Shown piece by piece: positions 9,637 to 19,632 of a DNA stretch of 64,000 bases. Below the pieces are notes generated by a model. The model was given only the letters and a program-made list of their open reading frames with translations, searched no databases and was not told the origin of the DNA. Location of the stretch: NCBI GenBank assembly GCA_964638425.1, contig CAZWYM010000002.1, forward strand, positions 2,547-66,546. The letters are read 5' to 3'. The position numbers were made by a program, and so were the translations under genes. This DNA comes from an uncultured Candidatus Saccharibacteria bacterium (GTDB lineage Bacteria > Patescibacteriota > Minisyncoccia > Phycocordibacterales > UBA918). How positions within the stretch are numbered: position 1 is the stretch's first letter; each line of letters opens with the position of its first letter.

Positions 9637-11601
9637 TTACTGTAACTTTGCATGCTTCTTGAGATATTCATCAACTGTAATCACAAACTCTGCATGACTC
9701 CACACAAGAGGATCTGTGGAGAGATGCTCTCCGGTATATGGATGAATCTGTTCGGGAAGAATACCACTTGTTGTTGCCCTATCGCATACCCATAGCAAAA
9801 TTTCATGTGCTTTTTCCAAATCTTTTTTTGTTTTTGCCAAACGTATATTGTACCGAGCAATCCAAAGAGTTGTAATGCACCATGCATTTGGAGGCGCGTC
9901 GTTGCTAGTCTTAAAATATCGGTCTCCTTCATATCGCATATACCCTCCAAACGTTGTTGGTACTTTTAGTTTTTCGGTCATGTTTGTAAATGCTAACTGC
10001 ATTTTCTGATCATAAACGTCTAACACCCCGAATACAACTAGTCCAAAGAGACTGCTTATATCAACTGTTCCATCATACACAAGTCCTTTTTTTTCATGGC
10101 GCAAAGACTTAATAAAAGTTCCTGATGAAACATCAAATAGATAGGTTAAAATAGCAATTTTTATATGTTCTGCAATATCTCTATAACGTTTTGCATTATC
10201 GCGTTTTCCTAGGACTGCAGAAAGATCCGCCGCAGCACAGAGCGCTCCATACACCGAAGCGGCTGTGTATGTAGAAGAACCATATTTTTCTTCCCAAAGA
10301 TCGTAAGAATCCTTCGGCAATCCAGTTTCAGACTCCCTATACGTACACATGAAATCGGCTGCTGGTTCAATGAATGAATTATAGAGTGACTCAATAAACT
10401 CTAGATCTTTTGCATATACATAATGCTCTCCAAGCATATACAAAACTGTTGCCGTTTCGTCTTCCTGAATCGGCAATTTGAAAACACCATTTTGCAGCCA
10501 CGGATGCCATGAACTACCAAGAACTCCATCGACACGATACTTATGCATGAGATAACCATCTGTTTCTAACCGATCAGACATAAATGAAAAAAACCGTTGC
10601 GTGACATCAATATGCCCCGCTCGATCAAGTGCACCTGCAGTTATTGCGGCGTCGCGTGGCCAGACGTAGCTATACGTATCTCTCCCTTGGTTTAGGATAT
10701 CAGAATCTGATGAAGCTATGATTCCACCTCGATTATCTGTATGCATACGCATAATTACCAACGATCTTTTATAAAGTTGCTGGATATTTTTTTCGAATAT
10801 AGATAAATTGCGTGGTTCTTTTTCAGTCCACGCCTCCCAATATCGTTCGGTTGAAATCACGATTTCTGATGGTTTTGACTCAAGGATATGTTCGTGAATT
10901 CCATGCGCGTCATGTATTGATTTTGCTGCAACAACCCAGTAATAACATTCTGCACTTTGAGAACCCTTTGCTTCAAAAGTAAGCCCTAGCACAGAATCCA
11001 CCGATCCGTGTTCTATAGGATTTCGAGAAAGTATCCCGTCTTCAGCATCTTTGTACGTCCCCTGTTTTCCTTCAATATTAAAAAGTCCGACGCTATAATC
11101 TATAAACGCTATGTCGTTTATAGTTGCATGAATAAGAAAAGTATTATGCCCCTTATAGTGAACGATAGAACGTACCCGAGGATCATAAAACGCGGTATCT
11201 CCCCGTCTTGACTCTGAGATCCTAAACTCTTGCCCAAAAAAAATCTTTATCTCACGATTATAGTCACGTTCGTTGGTGATGATGACCTTCCGCAAAAAAA
11301 TATTTTTTTCATTGTGTACCACATCAGTAAAATGCAATCGAATTCCTTGTGTAGAGTTATACGCATCAATATCGCTTGATCCGGAAAATTCTGTATAGTT
11401 GATGTTTATGTTCCACGAATCATCGCTAAGCCATTTAATAGTACCGTCCACCCAGACACCTATTCGATGCACATACGAACCGCTTGCTCCACTCACATGA
11501 TTTGAATGCCCAACAAATGGGAAATAGAAATCACGGACTTGTCCTCGTCCATCAAGGCCAATGAGTAGACTGCCGTTTCCAATCGTAATTGCTCGAGACA
11601 T
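9637..11601 (-). CDS. glycoside hydrolase family 15 (glucoamylase-like)
   Basis: YSYVWPRDA, QEDET, DLWEE, LPEQ...PLVWSHA motifs. Confidence 0.9.
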   Translation of the reverse strand: MSRAITIGNGSLLIGLDGRGQVRDFYFPFVGHSNHVSGASGSYVHRIGVWVDGTIKWLSDDSWNININYTEFSGSSDIDAYNSTQGIRLHFTDVVHNEKNIFLRKVIITNERDYNREIKIFFGQEFRISESRRGDTAFYDPRVRSIVHYKGHNTFLIHATINDIAFIDYSVGLFNIEGKQGTYKDAEDGILSRNPIEHGSVDSVLGLTFEAKGSQSAECYYWVVAAKSIHDAHGIHEHILESKPSEIVISTERYWEAWTEKEPRNLSIFEKNIQQLYKRSLVIMRMHTDNRGGIIASSDSDILNQGRDTYSYVWPRDAAITAGALDRAGHIDVTQRFFSFMSDRLETDGYLMHKYRVDGVLGSSWHPWLQNGVFKLPIQEDETATVLYMLGEHYVYAKDLEFIESLYNSFIEPAADFMCTYRESETGLPKDSYDLWEEKYGSSTYTAASVYGALCAAADLSAVLGKRDNAKRYRDIAEHIKIAILTYLFDVSSGTFIKSLRHEKKGLVYDGTVDISSLFGLVVFGVLDVYDQKMQLAFTNMTEKLKVPTTFGGYMRYEGDRYFKTSNDAPPNAWCITTLWIARYNIRLAKTKKDLEKAHEILLWVCDRATTSGILPEQIHPYTGEHLSTDPLVWSHAEFVITVDEYLKKHAKLQ

Positions 11602-11606
11602 GGTGC

Positions 11607-11975
11607 TTAAATGATATACAGCTGCAATCGTGAAGCAACAACAGCATGTGCAGTACGTGGTTTCTTTGATTTTCGGAGTGTTGATGCAAGTTCCACATCC
11701 TCGAGGACATGCTCAATCCAATCAGCAAAATCATTTTTTTCTTTTGAGACGTGATGTGCAAAAATTGATTCATCCATTGATTCAAGTGCGTCTTTGAGCT
11801 CAATAAGATTTGAAAGAATGCGACCGTCATTGACCCAAAAAGACTCTTCGAGTTTTGTATGTACGAGAGGTTTTTTTGTTTTTGGCGTCGATACTTTTTT
11901 GCGAGCCACTTTTTGCATAACTGTAGCTACTCTTGTAAGTGCTTTTTTTACTGGGGCTATTTTTTTTGTTTTCAT
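11607..11975 (-). CDS. DUF5752-like small protein
   Basis: FWVNDG...LIELKDAL...HHVSKEKNDFADWI; family commonly beside GH57/GH15 genes. Confidence 0.65.
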   Translation of the reverse strand: MKTKKIAPVKKALTRVATVMQKVARKKVSTPKTKKPLVHTKLEESFWVNDGRILSNLIELKDALESMDESIFAHHVSKEKNDFADWIEHVLEDVELASTLRKSKKPRTAHAVVASRLQLYII

Positions 11976-11996
11976 AAGAACTAAATGAACTGAGTG

Positions 11997-13331
11997 TTAA
12001 AACGTACGAGACCGCATACGTTTGCGAATAAGTTGGATGCGTACAAAGAGTTTTTGAATGATCGTGTGCAACCATCTCCACACACGAGCATATAGACTTT
12101 TTTCTACTAATTCCAACTTTTCTTTTTTCCTGCGCAAAGTTTGCGATACTCTTAATTGTAAATCACTTACGGCATTCATGAAAGCGATATACGCATCATA
12201 CGGGGATTCGTACGGACTAAAGTACGCATGGACATCTCCATCTTGGAACCATTTGGTACACATATAATAAAAATGATCTGAGGTTTGCAACTTTCTCCAT
12301 GTCTCAACCAGTGTTGTATCTCCAGTACGTAAGACGTTTGCTTCCATGGCATAAATTGTAGAAATAGCGTCTCGTTGAATATCATTACCTACCCAAGCAG
12401 TAAGATCTCGGTCAGTATCTGCCCAAGTCAGAATGTGTGGCACATCAAATTCACCAACATGGTCGTGTGCCTGCACTGTCTCACTCGCAGTCCTAAAACC
12501 CGTATCTCCGTGTGCAAGAATTTTTTCAGGGAGTGCGTCGAGGAAACGGAAAATTCCTGTATCTTCCCACTGATGTTCACCAAACGTCTCAAAGTCCATG
12601 AAAAGATTGATTGTTTGTCCGTCTCCATGATGTGCATGAAGCCATGTAGCATAGGTCTCTGCTCTGAGTGGATACCCTTCCCACCCTTTGTTGCCAAAGC
12701 GAAAGGCAATATCATCAGAAAGTTTATAGTTCTTTAGTAGAACTTTAAGAGTTGAGCACCCTTTTGGTTGATAGACATAATTTGGACTTCGCCATCCAAG
12801 AACAGGATCCCACCCTTCAGCCATAATACCGAGATACCCATTATCTTCACACCATTTTGCAAGTGCGTTCGTATATGAAAGTTCGGTGTTGCGAAATACC
12901 CGAGGTGTATATCCAAATAGTTTTTGAATTTTTTGCTTATGTAGTTCAACCTGACTTTCAAATTCGGATCGAGAATAAAAAAATGCGAGCGAATGATAGT
13001 AGGTATCGGCGAGTATCTCTACCCTTCCTGTTGCGACAAGAGCCTGAAATGCCTGAAGTACTTCAGGCATGTAGGTTTCAAACTGATCAAGTACCGTCCC
13101 AGAAAACGAAAGTGAAAAGCGAAATTCAGGATGCCTTGCAAGAAGTTCTCCAAGGATTTTGGTCGTAGGAATATAAGACTTTGCTGCCACTTTTCTAAGC
13201 ACTTTTTCATTATTAAGTTCAGTCTCGTCATTCGCATTAAAATATTCCGCATCATTTCCAATATCAAAAACCTTATACCGCTTAATTCGATGCGGTTGGT
13301 GAACATGGAAATAGGGGCAAATAGTAAGCAT
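11997..13331 (-). CDS. glycoside hydrolase family 57 (alpha-amylase-like)
   Basis: HVHQP, RNTEL, SDDIAFRF, DFETFGEH, LQTSDHFYYM. Confidence 0.92.
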   Translation of the reverse strand: MLTICPYFHVHQPHRIKRYKVFDIGNDAEYFNANDETELNNEKVLRKVAAKSYIPTTKILGELLARHPEFRFSLSFSGTVLDQFETYMPEVLQAFQALVATGRVEILADTYYHSLAFFYSRSEFESQVELHKQKIQKLFGYTPRVFRNTELSYTNALAKWCEDNGYLGIMAEGWDPVLGWRSPNYVYQPKGCSTLKVLLKNYKLSDDIAFRFGNKGWEGYPLRAETYATWLHAHHGDGQTINLFMDFETFGEHQWEDTGIFRFLDALPEKILAHGDTGFRTASETVQAHDHVGEFDVPHILTWADTDRDLTAWVGNDIQRDAISTIYAMEANVLRTGDTTLVETWRKLQTSDHFYYMCTKWFQDGDVHAYFSPYESPYDAYIAFMNAVSDLQLRVSQTLRRKKEKLELVEKSLYARVWRWLHTIIQKLFVRIQLIRKRMRSRTF

Positions 13332-13339
13332 AAAATATA

Positions 13340-14557
13340 CTACCTCTTAAAGAACATCAAAGCCAATAATTTCCGGTAGAGAATTACTACCTTATCAGCT
13401 GCTCGTCGCCATGTAAGTCTATGTAGCTCCTTTCTTCCTTCATCAGCGAGTTGCTTATTCAAAACTGGATAGGCAAGCGCTGCAATAATTTTATTTGCCA
13501 TATCATCGATATCCCAAAAATCAACCTTAAGTGCATGTGTAAGCACTTCCGCAACGCCAGATTGCTTTGAAATCAGTACGGGGGTACCATGTTGTAGCGA
13601 TTCGAGAGGGACAAGTCCAAACGGCTCAGACACTGACGGCATAACAAGGAGATCTGCTGCCTGATACATCCGGTCACGGTCTTCGTCCCACAGCGCTCCT
13701 GCAAAAATAACATTTTTTGACAGCCCGAGAGTGCCAACCAAATGCATGATTTGATGTTCCATGTCTCCCCACCCAGAAATAACAAAGATGATGCTGGAAT
13801 CATAGTCTACAACTTTTCTCGCCGCATGTATAAAATAGTCGACACCTTTCTGAATCGTTATGCGACCGTTATAAAAAACTATTTTTTTTCCTTGGATTTT
13901 TAGTTCACTGAGCACTGGCGGAAAAACGGGCGGATCATACTGCTTGATTCCATTATGCACAACAGCTACCTTCTCCGGGTCAGTACCATACTTCTTAATG
14001 ACAAGATCTCTTGTGTAATTGCTAATTGCGACCACTGAGTCTGCCACATTGAACGCATATCGTTCTACAGCATAAATCTCAGAATCTACATTGTCGGAGC
14101 CAGCTTGATCAAATGATGTTGCATGCACATGGAGTACTAAAGGTTTCCCTGTTGCGAGTTTTGCAGCAACCCCAGCTAAATAGGATGTCCAGTCATGTGC
14201 ATGGATGATATCGAACTGTTCAAGAAACGCTATCTCATACGCCGCATCGGCATATCGATACACTTCATCTATTATTTTCCTAGAGAAACGTATCCGTTCA
14301 CCACTTGGTGAAAAATATTCTATAAACGACTGGGAGTGTTGGTAGGGGAGAAGTGATGAAGGAAATACGTGTATTTTTGCTGGAGTTTTGTTAGCGAAAA
14401 TAAATTTGTGACTACCGATTGTTGGCTGTTCGCGAGGCAACACAAAAATAATTTCGAGTCCAAGCTCTATGAGTTCCTCAGTAAGCCCGTGGCATGCCAC
14501 ACCGAGTCCTCCATTTTTCATGGGTGGATAATCCCATCCAAATGTCAATATTCTCAT
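13340..14557 (-). CDS. glycosyltransferase family 4 (glycogen synthase-like)
   Basis: GGLGVAC, IHAHDW, PSVSEPFGLVPLE. Confidence 0.9.
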   Translation of the reverse strand: MRILTFGWDYPPMKNGGLGVACHGLTEELIELGLEIIFVLPREQPTIGSHKFIFANKTPAKIHVFPSSLLPYQHSQSFIEYFSPSGERIRFSRKIIDEVYRYADAAYEIAFLEQFDIIHAHDWTSYLAGVAAKLATGKPLVLHVHATSFDQAGSDNVDSEIYAVERYAFNVADSVVAISNYTRDLVIKKYGTDPEKVAVVHNGIKQYDPPVFPPVLSELKIQGKKIVFYNGRITIQKGVDYFIHAARKVVDYDSSIIFVISGWGDMEHQIMHLVGTLGLSKNVIFAGALWDEDRDRMYQAADLLVMPSVSEPFGLVPLESLQHGTPVLISKQSGVAEVLTHALKVDFWDIDDMANKIIAALAYPVLNKQLADEGRKELHRLTWRRAADKVVILYRKLLALMFFKR

Positions 14558-14678
14558 GTATATGTCAGAACATTCTGCACAAATAAGTTTTGCACAATGC
14601 TACTCAAATATTATTATACAGACAAATCGTTATATGAGAAATAATTGCATTCTGGCATACTGATAAGCAAAAACATGA

Positions 14679-15124
14679 CTCCGCTCCGTGCGACATGGTT
14701 CCGTCTTGGTTCTCGATACGTACCTGCCTCAAGGCAGGTACTAGAGAATAAAAAATACCTCGCATATGCGAGGTATTTTTTATTCTCTATCGACCACGTC
14801 ACGAGTTACTAAATTCGCTTCGCTCATTAAGTACTCGCGACCCCACCTCGCTCGTTTTTGTCTCCTTATGGTCGACAAAACATCGCTCCGGTTTGTAAGC
14901 AGGTCGGGAGCAAAGCCTTTTGTATCTACCGACTTCGTCACTGGTTTCTAAGTAAAATAATTGCAGAGCAATCATTTCGCTAAGAACCATCGACCCCGAC
15001 TCACCTGTCGTACTCGCTCCGCTCCGTGCGACATGGTTCCGTCTTGGTTCTCGATACGTAACTGCCTCAAGGCAGTTACTAGAGAATAAAAAATACCTCA
15101 CACATGTGAGGTATTTTTTATTCT
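14679..15124 (-). mobile_element. stack of structured mini-elements (C-A-A-C) at rplB 3' end
   Basis: C repeats 14679-14791 and 15017-15136; A cores 14797-14891 and 14936-15021; short alternative ends GGT CGA TAG (14787-14795) and AGT CGG TAG (14926-14934). Confidence 0.7.
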
Positions 15125-15985
15125 CTATCGAGAACCACCCATTATTTTTCCTGGCTTGCGACGGGAAACAATGAATGTGTTTGAGTACTTCTTTGGACTT
15201 CGTGTCTTTTGACCCTTTCCAGTTGGACGTCCTTGCTTTGTTCGAGCATGTCGGTGTCCTCGTGGTGCGCGTCCTTCTCCTCCTCCGTATGGATGGTCTA
15301 CTGCGTTTCGTGCACTTCCTCGTGTCTTTGGTCGCACACCTCGTTGTCGTGCGCGCCCTGCCTTACCGAGAGTAATCAAACGATATTCTTCGTTTGAAAC
15401 TTCACCGATAGTTGCCCAACAGGTGCTGAGAATTCGTCGAATTTCAGATGAAGGCATCTTCACGAGTGTGTACCCTGCGTCTTGTGCAACAACTTCAGCC
15501 TTATTTCCTGCAGACCGCGCGATTCGTGCACCTGCTCCTGGCTTAAGCTCGATTGCAAAAACAAAGGTACCTACTGGGATATTCCCAAGCGGTAGACGAT
15601 TTCCTGACTTTGGCTTTGCTGTTTCTGAAACAATAAATTCATCTCCCTTTACCATCCCCTTTGGTGCGAGAACGTATCTTCGTTCACCATCCTTAAAGAG
15701 AACGAGTGCGATGAATCCTGAACGGAATGGATCGTATTCAATTGATTCTACAATCGCAGGAATATCCTTTTTATTGTAGACAAAATCTACTTCACGGTAT
15801 GTACGCTTATGTCCACCTCCTCGGTAGAGATTTGTAGTACGTCCTGTGCTATTTCGTCCTCCAGTACTTCTTCGTCCTTGTGTAAGACTCTTGAGTGGGG
15901 CGTTTTTCTTTGTCGTGAGGACTTCTCGGTATGACACTACGGTCATTCCACGTCGTCCCGCTGATGTTGGTTTATATTTTTTCAC
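15125..15985 (-). CDS. rplB: 50S ribosomal protein L2
   Basis: GGRNSTG...GGGHKR...IEYDPFRS...DHPYGGGEG; GTG start. Confidence 0.98.
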   Translation of the reverse strand: MKKYKPTSAGRRGMTVVSYREVLTTKKNAPLKSLTQGRRSTGGRNSTGRTTNLYRGGGHKRTYREVDFVYNKKDIPAIVESIEYDPFRSGFIALVLFKDGERRYVLAPKGMVKGDEFIVSETAKPKSGNRLPLGNIPVGTFVFAIELKPGAGARIARSAGNKAEVVAQDAGYTLVKMPSSEIRRILSTCWATIGEVSNEEYRLITLGKAGRARQRGVRPKTRGSARNAVDHPYGGGEGRAPRGHRHARTKQGRPTGKGQKTRSPKKYSNTFIVSRRKPGKIMGGSR

Positions 15986-16005
15986 GTTATTATCATTACT
16001 AACTA

Positions 16006-16377
16006 TTAAACCAACTCAATGCGATCTCCTTTTTTGAGATACACATACGCTTTTCGTAAACCGCTTTCCATCATATCTCGACCGCGTGAACGCGACATGG
16101 AGTGGCGAGGTTGTTTGTTCACAATGTGTACCCGAACTGGTGTCACATTATAAAGTGCTTTGATTGCATCACGTACTTCAAACTTTGTTGCCCCCTTCTT
16201 GATTTCAAATGTATACACATTCTTATCTGAGAGAAGAGCAGCTTTTTCTGTAATACGTGGCTTGATGATGACCGAAGTGACACTTGTGGTGTTGATTCGT
16301 GCAGGCTTTGAAGCCTTCACTACCGCAACATCAGCAGAGGTGTTTTCTGGGGTATCTTTCTTTCCAAAAATTCCCAT
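16006..16377 (-). CDS. rplW: 50S ribosomal protein L23
   Basis: IIKPRITEKA...YTFEI...KAYVYL. Confidence 0.96.
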   Translation of the reverse strand: MGIFGKKDTPENTSADVAVVKASKPARINTTSVTSVIIKPRITEKAALLSDKNVYTFEIKKGATKFEVRDAIKALYNVTPVRVHIVNKQPRHSMSRSRGRDMMESGLRKAYVYLKKGDRIELV

Positions 16378-16378
16378 A

Positions 16379-17113
16379 TTACTTATTGACCGTCATAGCC
16401 TTACGTGCCGTTTTGGTCACTACTCTCGTTTCAAGAATTTTGAGTGATTCCTCAGGCTTTGCGACTACAACATACTTATAGGTGAGTAATTCAACTGGAT
16501 TTACATCCTTAACATTCACTACGTGGATGTTACCGAAATTGCGGAAGCTTAATTCTGCATTCTCGTTTCGTCCATCAAGGATAACGAGTGTTGCATTTGT
16601 CTTCTTTGTTGCAATTTCTTTCTTCCCTGTTATTGCGCTCATAGAAGCAATAAACTTTTGCGCATCACTTGTCTTTGGCTTTGTAAAATCAAGTGTGTCG
16701 ACGAAGATGATAGCGTCATGAGCAAACTTTTGTGAAAGTACACAAGCGAGTGCCTTTGAACGCACGTTCTTGTTTATCTTTCGTGTATAGTCTCTCTCAT
16801 TTCGTGGTCCGTGAGCAACACCTCCTCCACTCCAAATTGGTGAACGAGATGAACCATGTCGAGCACGTCCTGTACCCTTTTGCTTCCATGGCTTTTTTCC
16901 TCCTCCGCGTACCTCGCTTCGGTTCTTAGTATGCGCTGTGTTTGAGCGGGCATTACCCTGCATACTTACCACAACGTCATGTACGAGGTCAGCATTCCAT
17001 GCAACTCCGAAGATTTTTTCTGAGAGCGCAATGTGAGAAACTTCTTTTCCTGCTTGCGAATATACATTCGCTTCAAGAGTGATAGGTGCTTTCGCTTTTA
17101 TTTTCTTTTCCAT
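16379..17113 (-). CDS. rplD: 50S ribosomal protein L4
   Basis: RGGGKKPWKQKGTGRARHGS. Confidence 0.98.
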   Translation of the reverse strand: MEKKIKAKAPITLEANVYSQAGKEVSHIALSEKIFGVAWNADLVHDVVVSMQGNARSNTAHTKNRSEVRGGGKKPWKQKGTGRARHGSSRSPIWSGGGVAHGPRNERDYTRKINKNVRSKALACVLSQKFAHDAIIFVDTLDFTKPKTSDAQKFIASMSAITGKKEIATKKTNATLVILDGRNENAELSFRNFGNIHVVNVKDVNPVELLTYKYVVVAKPEESLKILETRVVTKTARKAMTVNK

Positions 17114-17116
17114 ATG

Positions 17117-17737
17117 CTATACGCTACGTACTTCTACTAAGGTTCCTCGTCGACCTGGTACCGCACCCCGTACGAGAAGAATGTTTTCTTCCTTATTGAC
17201 TGCGATAACCTTTAAATTTTTAACCGTGATTCGGTCAGCTCCCATACGTCCTGCCATACGTGTACCTTTGAATACACGCTGTGGTCCAGTTGCTCCAATA
17301 GAACCTGGTGTACGAAGCGTGTGCTTCATACCGTGACTTCCAGGACCTCCACGGAAACCGTGACGCTTAACTCCTCCCTGGAATCCCTTTCCTTTTGAGA
17401 TTGCTGAGACGAGTACGAGATCACCTTCTGCGAAGATTGATACGTCAATTGATGCATCTTTCTCGAGTGTTGGTAATGTCTCCTTTACTCCTGTACGTGC
17501 TCGGAACTCTACAACGTGCTTGAATGCACCGCCGAGGTGTCCTGTTTGTGCTTTGTTGACTCGATGAGCCTTTTGCTCACCTGAAGCAATCTGAACTGCT
17601 TCGTATCCATCCTTCTCCTTTGTCTTCACCTGCGTTACTTTCGCAGGAGTAACTCGGAGAATAGTCACTGGATGCGCTACACCCTGAGCATCAAATACTT
17701 GGGTCATGCGCTCTTTTGTTCCGAGTATAAACTTCAT
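17117..17737 (-). CDS. rplC: 50S ribosomal protein L3
   Basis: DGYEAVQ...SKGKGFQG...PGSIG...MAGRMG. Confidence 0.98.
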   Translation of the reverse strand: MKFILGTKERMTQVFDAQGVAHPVTILRVTPAKVTQVKTKEKDGYEAVQIASGEQKAHRVNKAQTGHLGGAFKHVVEFRARTGVKETLPTLEKDASIDVSIFAEGDLVLVSAISKGKGFQGGVKRHGFRGGPGSHGMKHTLRTPGSIGATGPQRVFKGTRMAGRMGADRITVKNLKVIAVNKEENILLVRGAVPGRRGTLVEVRSV

Positions 17738-17933
17738 CTAATTCGAAACTAACTAATAAATTGCTTTCATGACCGAGGTAATAACAAAACCGCGATTTTT
17801 ACATACGCAGACACAAGGTCCGCATATAAAAATCGCGGTTTTGTGCCCATTGGTCTCTCCCCTGTGGAGGTACGTAGGTCTTTAAAAAGCTAGGAGGAGT
17901 ATACCTTGATTTGCCAAAATTGCAAATTGGTCT

Positions 17934-18776
17934 TCATTTAATAAAAATTCCGGTGCGAAGTTCTTCCATTGCCATTTGAAGCTCTTCGTCAGTGTTCATG
18001 ACGATTGGACCAGCCCAGCTGATACTTTCATGAAGTGGCTTCCCTCCGATGAGGAGAAACCGTGCGCCGTCTTTGCCCCCTGCACAGGTGAAATCAAAAT
18101 CATTGGTAAGGAGACCAATCTCACCTTCCCCGAGCCACAGCTCTGTTCTATCGTCACGGACTGATACACGCCCCTCAAATACGTACACAAAAAATGTATC
18201 TTCTCGGTTTGTTGGTAACGAGAATTGCGTGCGTTCTCCGAGTGTTATGTCGAGATATGTCGGAGCTACCATAAGATCTTGGACAGGACCTTTAATACCG
18301 TGGTATTCACCCGCAATAACCCTCACTTCGCTCCCATCGCCATGCACCGTCTTAATCTCGGTACTCTTAATTTCTTGGTAGCGTGGTGCCATCATTTTGT
18401 GTGTTGCGGGAAGATTGACCCAAAGTTGGAAACCCTGAACCCCTTCTTCATGCACAACCGGCATCTCTTCATGAATAAGCCCACTTCCGGCAGTCATCCA
18501 CTGAACTTCGCCAGTCTTAATACTCCCTTCATTTCCCATACTGTCTTTATGGTGTACCTCTCCTTTCAATATATAGGTAACCGTTTCAATACCGCGGTGA
18601 GGGTGCTTAGGAAATCCGTGCATATACGCATCCGCGTCAGTGTTACTAAAATCATCAAAAAGGAGAAACGGGTCAAAGAGTTTTGCGAGTTCAGGTCCAC
18701 CAAATCCACGATTGAGATGTACTCCAGCACCTTCGAGAGTTGGTGTGGTTTTGTATGTCTTCAGTATTTTCCTCAT
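17934..18776 (-). CDS. pirin family protein
   Basis: DPFLLFD, GFPKHPHRGIETVTY, WMTAGSGLIHEE, FQLWVNLP, GPIVMN. Confidence 0.93.
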   Translation of the reverse strand: MRKILKTYKTTPTLEGAGVHLNRGFGGPELAKLFDPFLLFDDFSNTDADAYMHGFPKHPHRGIETVTYILKGEVHHKDSMGNEGSIKTGEVQWMTAGSGLIHEEMPVVHEEGVQGFQLWVNLPATHKMMAPRYQEIKSTEIKTVHGDGSEVRVIAGEYHGIKGPVQDLMVAPTYLDITLGERTQFSLPTNREDTFFVYVFEGRVSVRDDRTELWLGEGEIGLLTNDFDFTCAGGKDGARFLLIGGKPLHESISWAGPIVMNTDEELQMAMEELRTGIFIK

Positions 18777-18872
18777 AACAGTAGGACTACTATAGCAAAT
18801 ATTCTCACATTGAGTGCATTAAGCCCTTGTGGTATGCTCCGCGTAGATATATTTGTACCTGAGGAGGTCATC

Positions 18873-19136
18873 ATGCGTATTTCAAGATCAAGAATCATAC
18901 TCTTACTTGGTGCTGTCATGTCATCGACAATGACGATACCAATTTTTGAATTACAATTAGAAAGAGAAGCGACGCGAATGCGGTCATGTGGTATTAAACT
19001 ACCAAAACGACTTCATTCTGTTCCAAAAGCATTTCAAAACAGATTGCTCTCCCTTGGAAACAAGCGGAGACATTCGGGGCATCGTGAAAGTAATGCACGT
19101 ATGTCGACACGTGGTAAACGTGGCGGGCGTAGGTAA
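18873..19136 (+). CDS. small basic hypothetical protein
   Basis: ATG 18873 preceded by GAGGAGG; 87 aa, hydrophobic N-terminus and Arg-rich tail. Confidence 0.55.
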   Translation: MRISRSRIILLLGAVMSSTMTIPIFELQLEREATRMRSCGIKLPKRLHSVPKAFQNRLLSLGNKRRHSGHRESNARMSTRGKRGGRR

Positions 19137-19182
19137 TATAAAATCCGTACACAATGTGTACGGATTTTTGTGTGTTACACAA

Positions 19183-19213
19183 CAAAACCCGCAGGCGAAG
19201 CCTGCGGGTTTTG
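19183..19213. terminator. bidirectional terminator-like hairpin
   Basis: caaaacccgcaggc-gaa-gcctgcgggttttg between convergent genes. Confidence 0.75.
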
Positions 19214-19239
19214 TATACACACTGATGACAACTAATAAC

Positions 19240-19602
19240 CTACATCATCTTCACGTCAATCGAAACTCCAGATGGAAGTGAAAGGTTTGTGAGTGCTTCA
19301 ATTACTTTTGCACCCGGATTCATAATATCGATAACACGCTTGTGCATTCGCATTTCGAACTGTTCTCGCGCATCCTTGTAGACGAATGACGAGCGGTTCA
19401 CCGTGTATTTCTTGATTTCTGTAGGAAGCGGGATAGGACCGATAACCTTTGCATCGAAACGCAACGCGGTATCAATTATCTGCTTCACAGAAGAATCGAG
19501 GATTTTGTGCTCATACGCACGCACTCGAATCCGGAGCTTCTGGATTTCTCCAGAAACATCTTTCTTCACTTTCTTTGGTTCAGCTTTTGCTTTAGTTGTC
19601 AT
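19240..19602 (-). CDS. rpsJ: 30S ribosomal protein S10
   Basis: LRIRVRAYEH...GPIPLPT...AREQFEMRMHKR. Confidence 0.98.
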   Translation of the reverse strand: MTTKAKAEPKKVKKDVSGEIQKLRIRVRAYEHKILDSSVKQIIDTALRFDAKVIGPIPLPTEIKKYTVNRSSFVYKDAREQFEMRMHKRVIDIMNPGAKVIEALTNLSLPSGVSIDVKMM

Positions 19603-19632
19603 AGTACTGTGTAATGCTTCTAAATAATAGTG

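Noticed and set aside
9357-9662. ORFs 9357-9542 and 9468-9662 as genes
   Set aside because: They are alternate-frame or antisense shadows of the duplicated rplB end.
14614-15101. ORFs 14614-14802, 14766-14951 and 14799-15101
   Set aside because: They lie in the repeat stack, and their shared peptide text comes from the DNA repeat.
9134-15136. CRISPR array interpretation of the recurring palindromic repeats
   Set aside because: Repeats are long, dispersed and irregularly spaced, with no uniform spacers and no cas genes in the window.
18225-18872. Long 303-aa plus-strand ORF
   Set aside because: It is mostly antisense to pirin. Only the SD-led 18873-19136 part is plausible.
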